The notes: generated from the sequence alone by a model not told the origin. A stretch of DNA of 64,000 nt from Candidatus Woesearchaeota archaeon (GCA_043803105.1 JAZDKJ010000010.1:32001-96000); one strand, 5' to 3'. Shown: positions 46,169-56,732, counted from the stretch's first letter. Numbers and translations: made by a program.

Positions 46169-48499
46169 ATGAACGGTACTGAAAAGAAGAACTTTCTATT
46201 TGTATCCATCGACGCGCTCATAAGCGACATCGCATGGCAGGTCTTGAAAGAAGGCCACAATGTCAAGTACTTTATTGAGGATCCAACCCAAAAGGATATT
46301 GCAGACGGCTTTGTGCCCAAGACTGACAACTGGGAGAAAGAGGTCGATTGGGCTGATATAATTATTTTCGATGATGTTCTAGGCCAGGGAAAAAAGGCAG
46401 AGAAGCTAAAGGCACAGGGCAAGCTTGTTATCGGCGGCAGTTCTTATACTGACATGCTTGAGGACGACCGCGCTTTTGGCCAGGAGGAATTAAAAAAGGC
46501 AGGTGTGCCGATTATTCCTTATGGTGACTTTACCTCTTTTGATGATGCCGTCGCCTTTGTCCAGGAGAGTCCTGGAAAATATGTCATCAAGCCAAGTGGA
46601 GAGGCTCAGAACATCAAGAGGCTGCTTTTTGTCGGTGAAGAAGAGGATGGCAAGGACGTTATTCAGGTCTTGGAAGCCTACAAGCGCGCGTGGAGCAAGG
46701 AAGTCAAGGTCTTCCAGCTGCAAAGGAAGGTTACTGGTGTTGAGGTTGCTGTCGGCGCCTTCTTTAACGGCAACGAATTCATCAACCCTATTAATGTGAA
46801 TTTCGAGCACAAGAAGCTTTTTCCAGGAAATATCGGACCTTCGACTGGCGAGATGGGCTGTTATGATGAAAAAACAGAAGTCTTAACCAGGAGAGGTTGG
46901 AAATTCTTCAGGCAAGCCAGCAAGAATGATGAATTCATTACTCTAAACAAGAAAGGCATTATCGAATACCAAAAGCCAACTGACATTGTTGTGATGGACA
47001 CCCACAAGGAGCTTCTTATAATCAGTAATCAGACAGTCGATATTGCTGTTACTTTGAACCATAACATGTATGGCATTGAAGCAAATGAGTACAGGAAAGG
47101 CAAAAGGAGCTTTGGCTTCGTCCAGGCAAAGAACATGCCAAGCCAGTTTGTTGTTCCTAGGACTGCTGATTGGTTTGGTATTGAGGAAAAATCCTTTGTC
47201 CTCAAATCTATCGGGATTGGCCACAGGTCAGGAACTAAGGTTGTTGAAAAAGATTCAGGCAATTTGCAGATTAAGATGGACGACTGGCTGAAGTTCCTCG
47301 GTTTTTACATTGCTGAAGGAAGCTGCTCTGTTGGCTACAAAGTCAGCATTGCCTGCGAGAAGAATAAGGAGCAAGTCAGGCAAATGCTTGCAAAGATGCC
47401 CTTTAAGTTCTCCCATGGCGGGTCTGAGTTCTATGTTTATCATAAGCAGCTTTGGTCTTACCTGAACAAATTAGGCAAGGCAGACAAGAAGCATGTTCCA
47501 AGTTTTGTCAAGGACCTTTCAAAGAGGCAAATTTCCATTTTCCTGGATTGGTATGGTTTTGGTGATGCCAACCTGAATAATGGTTTTAGGATTTTCTATA
47601 CCTCATCCAAAAAGCTTGCTGATGACGTGCAGGAGCTTCTGCTGAAGATAGGAAGGGTTGGTATAATCAAGGTAAGGAGAAGAAAAGGTAAGGTCTGGAT
47701 AAAAGACCACTGGGCAAATATCAACTATCCGCAGTATGAGGTTCTTGAGCGCATAAAAAAGACTGTATCCTGGCTTGACAAGCGTGATATGGAGATTGTC
47801 CCTTATGATAAGTCGGTTTATTGCGTGACTGTTCCCAATCACACCTTATATGTCAGGCGCAACGGAAAGCCCTTATTCTGCGGTAACACCGCGATGTTCT
47901 GGTCTATGCCTAACAAGATCTTCAACGCCACCCTAAAAAAGATGGAGGCCAAGCTTGCGGAAGAGAAATACACAGGATACATTGACATCAATTGCATAGT
48001 GAACAATAATGGAATTTATCCCTTGGAGTGGACTTCCCGCTTTGGCTATCCTGCGATCAGCATCCAGCAAGAAGGAATCCTTAATCCTATGGGTGAATTT
48101 ATGCTTGACCTTGCCAAAGGCAATTCACCAAAGCTCAAGACAAAGAGCGGTTTCCAGATAGGAATAAGGATTGTAGTGCCTCCCTTTCCTTTCAACGACA
48201 ACCCAACCTTTGATGCGTACTCCAGAGAGGCTGCAATCATTTTCAAGAAGCCAAACCTTGATGGTGTGCACATAGAGGATGTGAAAAAGATTAACGGTGA
48301 TTGGCTTGTTACCGGAACTGCTGGTGTTGCGCTCATCGTTGTCGGCACTGGTCAGACCATGAAGCAGGCCCAGAACCAGGTTTACAGCCGTGTAAATAAT
48401 ATTCTCATCCCTAACATGTACTACAGGACCGATATCGGTAATCGCTGGTTTGAGGACTCTGACCGCCTGCATAACTGGGGTTATTTAAGAGAGCTCTGA
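46169..48499 (+). CDS. purD: PurD-like phosphoribosylamine-glycine ligase (ATP-grasp) interrupted by an intein
   Basis: LEDDRAFG, YVIKP, GVEVAV, EHKKL..G.IGPSTGEMG|T, YTGYIDIN, LEWTSRFGYP, YYRTDIG. Confidence 0.8.
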   Translation: MNGTEKKNFLFVSIDALISDIAWQVLKEGHNVKYFIEDPTQKDIADGFVPKTDNWEKEVDWADIIIFDDVLGQGKKAEKLKAQGKLVIGGSSYTDMLEDDRAFGQEELKKAGVPIIPYGDFTSFDDAVAFVQESPGKYVIKPSGEAQNIKRLLFVGEEEDGKDVIQVLEAYKRAWSKEVKVFQLQRKVTGVEVAVGAFFNGNEFINPINVNFEHKKLFPGNIGPSTGEMGCYDEKTEVLTRRGWKFFRQASKNDEFITLNKKGIIEYQKPTDIVVMDTHKELLIISNQTVDIAVTLNHNMYGIEANEYRKGKRSFGFVQAKNMPSQFVVPRTADWFGIEEKSFVLKSIGIGHRSGTKVVEKDSGNLQIKMDDWLKFLGFYIAEGSCSVGYKVSIACEKNKEQVRQMLAKMPFKFSHGGSEFYVYHKQLWSYLNKLGKADKKHVPSFVKDLSKRQISIFLDWYGFGDANLNNGFRIFYTSSKKLADDVQELLLKIGRVGIIKVRRRKGKVWIKDHWANINYPQYEVLERIKKTVSWLDKRDMEIVPYDKSVYCVTVPNHTLYVRRNGKPLFCGNTAMFWSMPNKIFNATLKKMEAKLAEEKYTGYIDINCIVNNNGIYPLEWTSRFGYPAISIQQEGILNPMGEFMLDLAKGNSPKLKTKSGFQIGIRIVVPPFPFNDNPTFDAYSREAAIIFKKPNLDGVHIEDVKKINGDWLVTGTAGVALIVVGTGQTMKQAQNQVYSRVNNILIPNMYYRTDIGNRWFEDSDRLHNWGYLREL
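46859..47887 (+). mobile_element. Intein with LAGLIDADG homing endonuclease (343 aa)
   Basis: N-terminus CYDEKTEVLTRRGWK, block B VTLNHNM, FLGFYIAEGS / FLDWYGFGDA, C-terminus VYCVTVPNHTLYVRRNGKPLFCGN followed by Thr. Confidence 0.92.
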
Positions 48500-48540
48500 T
48501 TATCGAAATGTTTTTAATGCCACTCCTGTGAGTACCACTA

Positions 48541-50481
48541 ATGCGCAAGGCTTGCCCTCTCCTTTTATTTTTCATACTGCTTCCTGCAGTATTTTCCTCA
48601 GAGGACTGGCTCTACAAGAGCAATCAGGCAAAATTCGTTGTTGAAGTCTCTCAAGACGCTAAAGTAATCAGGTTTGATGACCCACTTCTTGAGTCTGCAA
48701 CTGCTATCTTAGATTTTTTTCCCAGGGATGATAGCAGGCAGAAAGTGACTACCCTTATCACCTTCCCAGAATCGACTGCTTCCTTTGATACCATAGTTTA
48801 CCAATGGAGCAAGCCCAAGGAAGATGTCCTGACTTTCTCCCTTTACAGCCATGTTGTAACCACAAGTAAATTCTTTCCCATTAACCAAAAGGTGGATTTT
48901 CCTATCCTTTACAGTGGCCCAGAACTGGAGAAGTTCTTGGCCCAAACCCTTTACATTGATTTCTCCAACCCTAAGATTCGCGAGCTTGCAGATGAGCTCT
49001 CTAAGGATGAGGATGACCTTTTTGATGTCTGTTTTAGTCTTGCTGAATGGGTGCATGCCAACATCCAGTACGAGCCAACGCCCGAGACTGTGAATTTTGC
49101 CCAGAAGGCTTCCTGGGTTCTCGAACAAAGGAAAGGCGTCTGTGATGAGATGACCACACTTTTTATCGCTCTTGCAAGAAGCCTCGGCATTCCTGCAAAG
49201 TTCGTTAGCGGATTGGCTTTAGGTGGCAACGGAGAATTTGCCACTCATGCTTGGCCTGAGGTCTATTTCCAGGGCTTTGGCTGGATCCCTTTTGATGTGA
49301 CCAATCGGGAGTATGGTTATCTCGATGTTTCTCACATTAAACTGAGAGAGTCTGTAGATGCTGATGTTCCATCTTCGCGTTTTGAGTGGGTTGGCCAAGA
49401 TGTTGATCTTGACCGTTCAGAGCTTAAAGTAGATGCTGATGCTCTCCAAACGCAAGGTGATTTGCAGCCACGCGTTTCTGTCCAGCTCCTGCCTGTCTTT
49501 TCTCAGCTTGGTGAAAGTTCTTTGGGGCTTGTGCAGGCCAGCCTCATGAATGAGAATCCATACTATGTTGTTTTGGTTCTAAGGGCTTCTTCTATGCTTG
49601 ATGTATTGCAGCCTGAACAGGCTGTGCTCCTTCATCCAAACGAGAAAAAGACTGTCTTCTGGGTTGTGCAAGCCCCCGAGTTTGTCAATGGCAAAGCTTC
49701 TTTTTCTGTGTTTGTCAACGACAATTTCAACTTTACAGCATTTCTCGAGCTTGGCTCTGATTTCAAGGTTTTTTCAGAGCAGGAAGTTTATCAGGAGATG
49801 GACAACCGGAAGGGAAATGACAAGCTGCCTGACCGCTCTAGGATTCAGATGCAATGTATTCCTGCCTCTCCAGAGTTCTATCCTGACGAAAGATTTGTCG
49901 TTAATTGTATTGTCAATAACCCTTCCAATGAGCCTATGCAGGCTGTTCTTGTCTGCCTTGAACAGGATTGCCATAATCTTTCTCTTGAGCCCAAAGAGAG
50001 GAAGTCCTCCGCTTTTGAGGTCAAAGAATCTCAGCTTCTCTTCACTGCGTCTTTTGGCAGCGCTTCCAGAGAGAACAATCTTACTCTCAGAGTGCTTGAC
50101 CTGCCTTCCTTGAGAATCATGAACATTTCATATCCTGAAAGAGTGCAGTTTGGCAAGGATTATTCAATCGGGTTTTCCCTCAAAAAGACCTCGCATGATA
50201 ATCCGAGGAATGTGCTCGTAATCGTGGACAGTGCTGGTGAGACCAGGAGTTTTGAGCTAAAGGAGTTGAACAGCACCAGGGATTATTTTGTCCAGATGAA
50301 AGGGAATTCTTTGCTCGATCAGCCAGGTGACTTCAAGATTGTGGCAAGTTATTATGACTTGCACAATCGCCGTTACGAGGATGAAAAGTCATTTTCCCTA
50401 AAGCTTGAAGGCCTTTCCTTCTCTCAAAGGATTCGCGTCCTTTATCTTAAGGCGATAAGCAAGCTTTCTTCTTTTTTTTGA
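48541..50481 (+). CDS. Secreted transglutaminase-like domain protein
   Basis: Signal peptide; GVCDEMTTLFIALARSLGIPA, HAWPEVY, WIPFDVT (Cys-His-Asp triad). Confidence 0.88.
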   Translation: MRKACPLLLFFILLPAVFSSEDWLYKSNQAKFVVEVSQDAKVIRFDDPLLESATAILDFFPRDDSRQKVTTLITFPESTASFDTIVYQWSKPKEDVLTFSLYSHVVTTSKFFPINQKVDFPILYSGPELEKFLAQTLYIDFSNPKIRELADELSKDEDDLFDVCFSLAEWVHANIQYEPTPETVNFAQKASWVLEQRKGVCDEMTTLFIALARSLGIPAKFVSGLALGGNGEFATHAWPEVYFQGFGWIPFDVTNREYGYLDVSHIKLRESVDADVPSSRFEWVGQDVDLDRSELKVDADALQTQGDLQPRVSVQLLPVFSQLGESSLGLVQASLMNENPYYVVLVLRASSMLDVLQPEQAVLLHPNEKKTVFWVVQAPEFVNGKASFSVFVNDNFNFTAFLELGSDFKVFSEQEVYQEMDNRKGNDKLPDRSRIQMQCIPASPEFYPDERFVVNCIVNNPSNEPMQAVLVCLEQDCHNLSLEPKERKSSAFEVKESQLLFTASFGSASRENNLTLRVLDLPSLRIMNISYPERVQFGKDYSIGFSLKKTSHDNPRNVLVIVDSAGETRSFELKELNSTRDYFVQMKGNSLLDQPGDFKIVASYYDLHNRRYEDEKSFSLKLEGLSFSQRIRVLYLKAISKLSSFF

Positions 50482-50521
50482 AAACAAAAGAATTATATAA
50501 TGACTGGTCTTCTGTTGTTGT

Positions 50522-52327
50522 ATGAAAATCGAGCGCTTGGTTCCCGATACCTCAATTATTATAGAGGGTATTTGCTCGCAGAAGATTGCAAATGACGAGT
50601 TTAAGCCTGACAAGATCATCATCCATGAGGCTGTGCTCTCAGAGCTCGAGCATCAGGCAAATCTTAACAAGGCTATTGGCTTTCTTGGTTTAGAAGAGCT
50701 TCAGAAACTGAGGCAGCTCTCTAAGTCAAAGGGTTTTGAGCTTGTTTTCTCTGGAAGAAAACCCACTCCGGCAGAGATGAAGTTCTCAAATCTTGGTGAG
50801 ATTGATTCCATGATTAGGGACCTTGCCTTTGAAGAGGATGCAACACTTATCACTGCTGACAAGATTCAGGCAAGGGCTGCAGAAATAAAAGGAATCAAGG
50901 TCATTCTCCAGACATTAAGTGATGTCAGAAAAAAGCTCAAGTTAGAATCATTTTTCGACGATACCACCATGAGTGTCCATTTGCGCGAGAACATTGAGCC
51001 CTTTGCAAAGAAGGGTGTTCCAGGCAACTGGAAGTTTGTGTCTGTCCGCTCCAAAATATTGTCAAGGGAAGAGGTCCAGGACATCTCAAGGGAGATTATT
51101 GAAGAGGCAGGAGTAAGGCGAGATGGCTTTATCGAGATTGAGCGGCCAGGTTCAACAATTGTTCAACTGGGTGTTTACCGCACCGTCATCACCAAGCCTC
51201 CATTCTCTGACGGTTGGGAGATTACTGCAGTTAGGCCTGTTAAGCGCCTCACACTGGATGATTACAAGCTTTCCCAGAAGCTTGCTGATAGGATTAAGAG
51301 TCACGCAGAAGGTATTCTGATTGCAGGCGCTCCCGGTATGGGAAAATCAACCTTTGCCCAGGCCCTAGCAGAGTTTTACGCTGACCAGGGTAAGATTGTT
51401 AAGACTGTTGAGGCTCCTCGCGACTTAATCCTCAAAGATAATGTTACGCAATACGCCATTTCTCATGGCGATGCCCAGGAGATCCATGATGTCCTTCTTT
51501 TGTCAAGGCCTGACAATACTATTTTTGATGAGATGCGCAACACTGATGATTTTCGTCTTTTTGCTGACTTGAGGCTTGCTGGCATCGGCCTCGCCGGAGT
51601 TGTCCATGCAACTAATCCTATTGATGCAATCCAGCGCTTTGTAGGCAGGATTGAGCTTGGAGTCATTCCACAGGTCATAGACACAGTGATTTTCATTAAG
51701 AATGGTGCTGTTGGCAAGGTCTTGAGCCTGCAGATGGTTGTCAAGGTTCCTTCTGGAATGACAGAAGCTGATTTGGCAAGGCCTGTCGTTGTTGTTAACG
51801 ACTTTGAGACCAATAAACTTGAGTATGAGCTTTATTCTTATGGCGAAGAGACTGTTGTAGTTCCTGTTAGAGAGTCGTTTAAGCCAGCAGCTCATAAGCT
51901 TGCTTCTCAGACAATCGAGCGTGAACTTAAAAAGTATTGTACTGCTTGTGAGGTTGAGCTCGTCTCTGACCAAAAGTGCATTGTCCGCGCTCCCAAGAAT
52001 GAGATTGCCCAGTTGATCGGTAAGCAGGGAAAGACCATTGACCAGATAGAGAAGACCTTAGGCATCTCCATTGACGTGCAGGAGCTTGGCGAATCAGCTA
52101 AGAGCGACCCTATAGAATTCCATGCCCAGATAACAAAGAAGGCAGTGGAGCTTTTCCTTAACTCCAAGTATCAATCCAAGGATGTTGACATCCATGTAGG
52201 TGGTGATTATCTTCTCTCAGCAAAAGTCGGAAAATCCGGTGTGCTTAAGATTGCCAAGGACAATAAGATTGGAAGGATCCTTGTTGATGCAATCAATTCT
52301 GGAGAGAAGGTTGAGATTCTTATTTAG
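50522..52327 (+). CDS. PINA-type ATPase (PIN + P-loop ATPase + KH)
   Basis: LVPDTSII, ELEHQAN, GAPGMGKST, RPDNTIFDEMR, GVVHA, LIGKQGKTI. Confidence 0.92.
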   Translation: MKIERLVPDTSIIIEGICSQKIANDEFKPDKIIIHEAVLSELEHQANLNKAIGFLGLEELQKLRQLSKSKGFELVFSGRKPTPAEMKFSNLGEIDSMIRDLAFEEDATLITADKIQARAAEIKGIKVILQTLSDVRKKLKLESFFDDTTMSVHLRENIEPFAKKGVPGNWKFVSVRSKILSREEVQDISREIIEEAGVRRDGFIEIERPGSTIVQLGVYRTVITKPPFSDGWEITAVRPVKRLTLDDYKLSQKLADRIKSHAEGILIAGAPGMGKSTFAQALAEFYADQGKIVKTVEAPRDLILKDNVTQYAISHGDAQEIHDVLLLSRPDNTIFDEMRNTDDFRLFADLRLAGIGLAGVVHATNPIDAIQRFVGRIELGVIPQVIDTVIFIKNGAVGKVLSLQMVVKVPSGMTEADLARPVVVVNDFETNKLEYELYSYGEETVVVPVRESFKPAAHKLASQTIERELKKYCTACEVELVSDQKCIVRAPKNEIAQLIGKQGKTIDQIEKTLGISIDVQELGESAKSDPIEFHAQITKKAVELFLNSKYQSKDVDIHVGGDYLLSAKVGKSGVLKIAKDNKIGRILVDAINSGEKVEILI

Positions 52328-53822
52328 GCAGGATTATCCTGTATTCTACGCTCTTTTCTTGGGGTTTCACCTCAACGAATCCCTTGTGGGCCTGCACATA
52401 TTTGTCTGCCTTTGGAATATTCCATATCTTTTGAGCCATTTTGTCTGCCAGCGGGTCCATTTCATCTGCGAGAGGATTGAAGAGAAGCTCTGCCGATTTC
52501 TTAGTCATTGTCATACTTAGATTAACAACAGAAACTTCAACATAAGAGCATATTGATGTTCCATTGTGTCTGAAATTCTGTCCCTCTTTTGTGGATATTA
52601 AAATCTCACCACCATTGCCATTGAGCCAGTAGGTAGCATCAGATATCACATTGTATATTGCCAACTCAAGCTTCTGGCCATCTGCTCTTATTCTCGGCAG
52701 TTCTCTGCTGTACTCTATCAACACCTTGATGTTTGCGGGCAGATTTGCAAGCTTGACAGCAGTTGCCACGCTTTGATTAATGTCAACGTCTGCAAAATCA
52801 AGACTAATTGGATTGGACAGCTCGCGAATATTGTTTATCAGTTCTTCTAATTTCTTTTCCTCGTTGAGAATCGTTCTGCAGTATTGGCTTACTGACCCTC
52901 CTGAAAGAATGTTCATGCTTCCAATATCGTTGATGATTGCATCCCTCCCAATTGAAGCATCTGCCGCTGCTTTGGTAAGGTAGTCTGCCAGTTTTTGTGA
53001 ATGCGTTGTTACCAGTGTGTCCAGTCTTCTGGCAAAACCGCCAATGCTGACTATAGGGTTCCTGATGTAATGGGCAATTCCGTTGCTCATAAGTTGCTCG
53101 CGCTGCTTGATTTCTTTCTCCTTTTGGTTTTGTTGCTCCAGGAACTGCATCAGCACGATTCTAGCTAGGCCTATGTCTTTGAAGGATTCCTCGCTAAATT
53201 CTCTTCCAGAGTAAAGGTTTGTAAAACCCACGATCGCGCATACGTCTTTTGAGCACGGCAAGCCAAAGAAGGCATCCTGCCTTTTCATTCCTTGTTCTTG
53301 CTCATTTGGCAGGCCGCCGAATATGGCATTCAACTTCCTGTCCCATTCAGTTCTGTAGTCGGAGGCATTGTAGATTCTTGGTGCGGTAACGCATGCTGTA
53401 GTTTCATCCAATTCTCTCAACGCTCTGACTAAAACAGAATCAACATGCTTTCCCTCTTGGAAAATGGGAATGCTCCAAGGTCCTATCCTTTTTTGTAGTG
53501 TCTCAGACACACTGTCTGATTCCTTGATATGCTGCTCGTTGAGCCAGATTCTGTAAAGAAATTCAAGGGTTTTGTCGTGCGATTCCAGATTAAGATATTT
53601 CTCTAGCGAACGTGACCCTATTGACCGTAGCAATTCAATCTTGTTCTCAGCTTTGTCAGCCAGGAACAACCCTGAGATAGTTGTCTGCTGCCTAAAGTTG
53701 GTATCTGTCAGGATAATGTAAAGCTTCTGCCAATCTGTATAGTTGTTTCGCAAGAAATGGCCAAAAAACTCTTGGAAGAGTTCCAGTTCTGATTCCATTG
53801 TAACCTGTCTTTGGGGCATCAT
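52320..53822 (-). CDS. Histidine-kinase-like protein (HisKA + degenerate HATPase)
   Basis: IAHYIRNPIVSIGGFARRL H-box; ADGQKLELAIYNVISDA N-box; LFNP F-box; G1/G2 glycine boxes absent. Confidence 0.75.
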   Translation of the reverse strand: MMPQRQVTMESELELFQEFFGHFLRNNYTDWQKLYIILTDTNFRQQTTISGLFLADKAENKIELLRSIGSRSLEKYLNLESHDKTLEFLYRIWLNEQHIKESDSVSETLQKRIGPWSIPIFQEGKHVDSVLVRALRELDETTACVTAPRIYNASDYRTEWDRKLNAIFGGLPNEQEQGMKRQDAFFGLPCSKDVCAIVGFTNLYSGREFSEESFKDIGLARIVLMQFLEQQNQKEKEIKQREQLMSNGIAHYIRNPIVSIGGFARRLDTLVTTHSQKLADYLTKAAADASIGRDAIINDIGSMNILSGGSVSQYCRTILNEEKKLEELINNIRELSNPISLDFADVDINQSVATAVKLANLPANIKVLIEYSRELPRIRADGQKLELAIYNVISDATYWLNGNGGEILISTKEGQNFRHNGTSICSYVEVSVVNLSMTMTKKSAELLFNPLADEMDPLADKMAQKIWNIPKADKYVQAHKGFVEVKPQEKSVEYRIILPK

Positions 53823-54044
53823 AAGACTTGTCACTATCAATTAATAGTGAATTACATATATAAACCTTTCTCTTTCTGCCCATAGTCTTTACTAAAATAA
53901 ATTGCAGAAAGTCCTACGAATCTCTTAATCCTGCGCGACATGTACTCTGGTTGCCCCTTCTTATCATACCTTATCATACCATGCTTAAATACTTTTCGTT
54001 TGCTTGTGAAATATTTATATATCTAATGGCTTCCACTTACTCTC

Positions 54045-55322
54045 ATGCTCGATATAAAGCTTATTCGCGAGAATCCTGAGCTTGTAAGGCTTGATTTGAA
54101 GAAGAGAAACGATCCTGAAAAGCTTAAGTGGCTTGATGATTTGATAATAAGAGATCTCGAGTATCGAAAGCTCCTTCAGCAGGCACAGGCATTGAGGTCT
54201 GAGAGAAACAAGATTGCAGAGAACATCAACCAATTAAAAAAGCAGGGAAAAGATATATCCAAGCTCTTGAAAGACGTAAAAGAAATACCCTCGCGCATTG
54301 CTGAAATAGAAAAAAAATCAGCTAAATTGAAGGAGAAGGTTGATTTCTACTTGATGCGCCTTCCGAATATTCTTCATTCCTCAGTTCCTTTTGGCAAGGA
54401 TGATTCTGAAAATGTGGAGGTGCATAGGTTTGGCTCTCCTCCAAAGTTTGATTTCACCCCAAAAAACCATGTAGAGATTGCCGAAGGCCTTGGCTTGATT
54501 GATTTTGAGCGTGCTGCAAAGGTTTCTGGTTCTGGCTTCTTTTATCTTAAGGGAAACCTTGCAAGGCTTGATATGGCCCTGCAGCATTTTGCCATCGACC
54601 ATCTTTCAAGCAAGGGTTTTGTGGCTATTGAGCCTCCATTGATGCTGAAGCGCAAGCCTTACGAAGGCGTTACAGATCTTGCTGATTTTGAGTCTGTGAT
54701 GTATAAGATTGAGAATGATGACCTCTATCTTATAGCCACTTCTGAGCATCCTATGGCTTCTATGTATATGGATGATATTCTTGATAAGAAGGACTTGCCT
54801 TTGAAGTTGTGCGGCCTGTCCCCTTGCTTTAGGCGTGAAGTGGGCACTCATGGAAAATACACCAAAGGCCTTTTCAGGGTGCATAATTTCAATAAGGTCG
54901 AGCAGTTCATCTTCTGCCTTCCTGAAGAGTCCTGGCAGTTGCATGAGGAGATCCAGAAGAATTCTGAGGAGCTCTACCAGAAGCTTGGGCTTCATTACCG
55001 TGTTGTTAACATCTGTACTGGTGACATCGGCAGCATTGCTGCAAAAAAGTATGATATTGAGGTCTGGATGGCTGATGGTAAGTTTAGGGAGTCTGGTTCA
55101 AACTCTAACTGCACTGATTACCAGGCTAGAAGGCTTAATATCCGTTTCAGGGAAAAGGAAGGCCTTGTGCCCATAGGCCCTGTCCACACATTGAACAATA
55201 CTGCTATTGCCACTAGCAGGATTATGATTGCAATTCTTGAGCAGTTCCAGCAAAAGGACGGTTCTGTTGTTATTCCCAAGGTCCTTCAGCCCTACATGAA
55301 TGGCTTGAAGGTGCTAAAATGA
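54045..55322 (+). CDS. serS: Seryl-tRNA synthetase
   Basis: MLDIKLIRENPE, LIATSEHP, CFRRE, GLFRVHNFNKVEQ, SNSNCTDYQARR, HTLNNTAIA. Confidence 0.97.
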   Translation: MLDIKLIRENPELVRLDLKKRNDPEKLKWLDDLIIRDLEYRKLLQQAQALRSERNKIAENINQLKKQGKDISKLLKDVKEIPSRIAEIEKKSAKLKEKVDFYLMRLPNILHSSVPFGKDDSENVEVHRFGSPPKFDFTPKNHVEIAEGLGLIDFERAAKVSGSGFFYLKGNLARLDMALQHFAIDHLSSKGFVAIEPPLMLKRKPYEGVTDLADFESVMYKIENDDLYLIATSEHPMASMYMDDILDKKDLPLKLCGLSPCFRREVGTHGKYTKGLFRVHNFNKVEQFIFCLPEESWQLHEEIQKNSEELYQKLGLHYRVVNICTGDIGSIAAKKYDIEVWMADGKFRESGSNSNCTDYQARRLNIRFREKEGLVPIGPVHTLNNTAIATSRIMIAILEQFQQKDGSVVIPKVLQPYMNGLKVLK

Positions 55323-55636
55323 AGATTCACGGTTTTTTTTATGTAATTGTCGGAACTACTGTCGCTGTCATCTCAAAGATAATAAACTCTCCAAAGCTGA
55401 TGATTTTTTTCTATGCCGGAATTCTGTTCGGCTTTTTCGGCATTGCCAAGATGCTTCTGCAGTCGAGAAAAGATAAGAGCCCTAAGCCTGTTCACGAGAA
55501 TCACTATGTTTCCCGCCATCATCGGGTTACCAGAGAACAGAGCTTCTCAGCCCACTATTGCCATCGCTGCGGTTTCGAGTTCGGCCATTATGACAATTTT
55601 TGTTCTAGGTGCGGCCAGCGCAAGCAAAACTTATAA
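55319..55636 (+). CDS. Small membrane protein with C-terminal zinc ribbon
   Basis: Two TM helices; CHRCG...NFCSRCG. Confidence 0.75.
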   Translation: MKIHGFFYVIVGTTVAVISKIINSPKLMIFFYAGILFGFFGIAKMLLQSRKDKSPKPVHENHYVSRHHRVTREQSFSAHYCHRCGFEFGHYDNFCSRCGQRKQNL

Positions 55637-55661
55637 ATATCGTTCAACCTTCTTGATGTCA

Positions 55662-56732
55662 ATGGCTCTTTTCAAGGACATGCTTGGTTCTGGGGACACC
55701 CTGTTCAAGAATGAGATGGCTCTCGATTTTGATTTTGTCCCTAAGCTTATGCCCTTCCGCGAGAACCAGCAGCACTATATTGCAGATTGCATAAAGCCTC
55801 TTTTCAAGGGTCATTCTGGAAGGAATATTTTCATCTGCGGCGCTCCGGGCATTGGCAAGACTGCTGCTGTAAAATGGGTTTTCCGTGACCTCGAGAACGA
55901 AAGCGATGACGTTATACCTATTTACGTCAATTGCTGGCAGAAGAATACGACTTACAAGGTTGCCCTGGAAATCTGTGAAGCGATCGGTTACAGGCTTACT
56001 CAGAACAAGAAGACTGACGAATTGTTCAGGGTTATCCGTGATATCCTGAACAAGAAAGCTGTTGTTTTTGCCTTTGACGAGGCAGATAAGCTCGAAGATT
56101 TTGATTTCCTTTACACTCTATTGGAGGATATCTACAAGCGCTCAATTTTTCTCATTACAAACCATAAGGAATGGCTCGCTGAAATCGACCAGCGCATAAA
56201 GTCGAGGCTTACACCAGATCTTCTCGAGTTCAACCAATACAATTTGAAGGAGACGACAGGCATCCTAAAGGAGCGCATCGACTATGCCTTTTTCGATAGT
56301 GCCTGGTCTGAAGTGGCCCTTAATTTTGTTGTTCAGAAGACCTTTGATGCAAAAGACATAAGGACTGGCTTGTTCCTTTTGAAAGAGTCTGGTCTGGCTG
56401 CAGAAGATCGTTCCAGCAAAAAAATCCTGCCTGAGGACGCAAGCCTTGCCATAAAGAAGCTTGCTGATTTTACAATAAAGAAGTCAACTGACCTGGAAGA
56501 TGACACAAGGCTCATACTCTCGATTATAAAAGAGCATTCTGGCAAGAAGATTGGTGATTTGTTCAATGTTTACAAGGAAAAGAAGGGCAGGAATACATAT
56601 AAGACCTTCCAGAGAAAGATTGATAGCCTTGAGAAGAACAAGTTCATCACAGTCAACAAGATTTCTGGTGGAAAGGAAGGCTCTACCTCGATTATTTCTT
56701 TTCGTGATGAGAGGAAATTGACTGATTTTTGA
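55662..56732 (+). CDS. cdc6: Cdc6/Orc1 replication initiator
   Basis: LDFDFVPKLMPFRE, GAPGIGKT, YVNCW, FDEAD, RIKSR, DIRTGL, wHTH C-terminus; TTATAAATA upstream. Confidence 0.92.
   Translation: MALFKDMLGSGDTLFKNEMALDFDFVPKLMPFRENQQHYIADCIKPLFKGHSGRNIFICGAPGIGKTAAVKWVFRDLENESDDVIPIYVNCWQKNTTYKVALEICEAIGYRLTQNKKTDELFRVIRDILNKKAVVFAFDEADKLEDFDFLYTLLEDIYKRSIFLITNHKEWLAEIDQRIKSRLTPDLLEFNQYNLKETTGILKERIDYAFFDSAWSEVALNFVVQKTFDAKDIRTGLFLLKESGLAAEDRSSKKILPEDASLAIKKLADFTIKKSTDLEDDTRLILSIIKEHSGKKIGDLFNVYKEKKGRNTYKTFQRKIDSLEKNKFITVNKISGGKEGSTSIISFRDERKLTDF

Noticed and set aside
53961-53980. Tandem TTATCATACC repeat as a replication origin near cdc6
   Set aside because: Only two 10-mers, no ORB-like G-string, and separated from cdc6 by serS.
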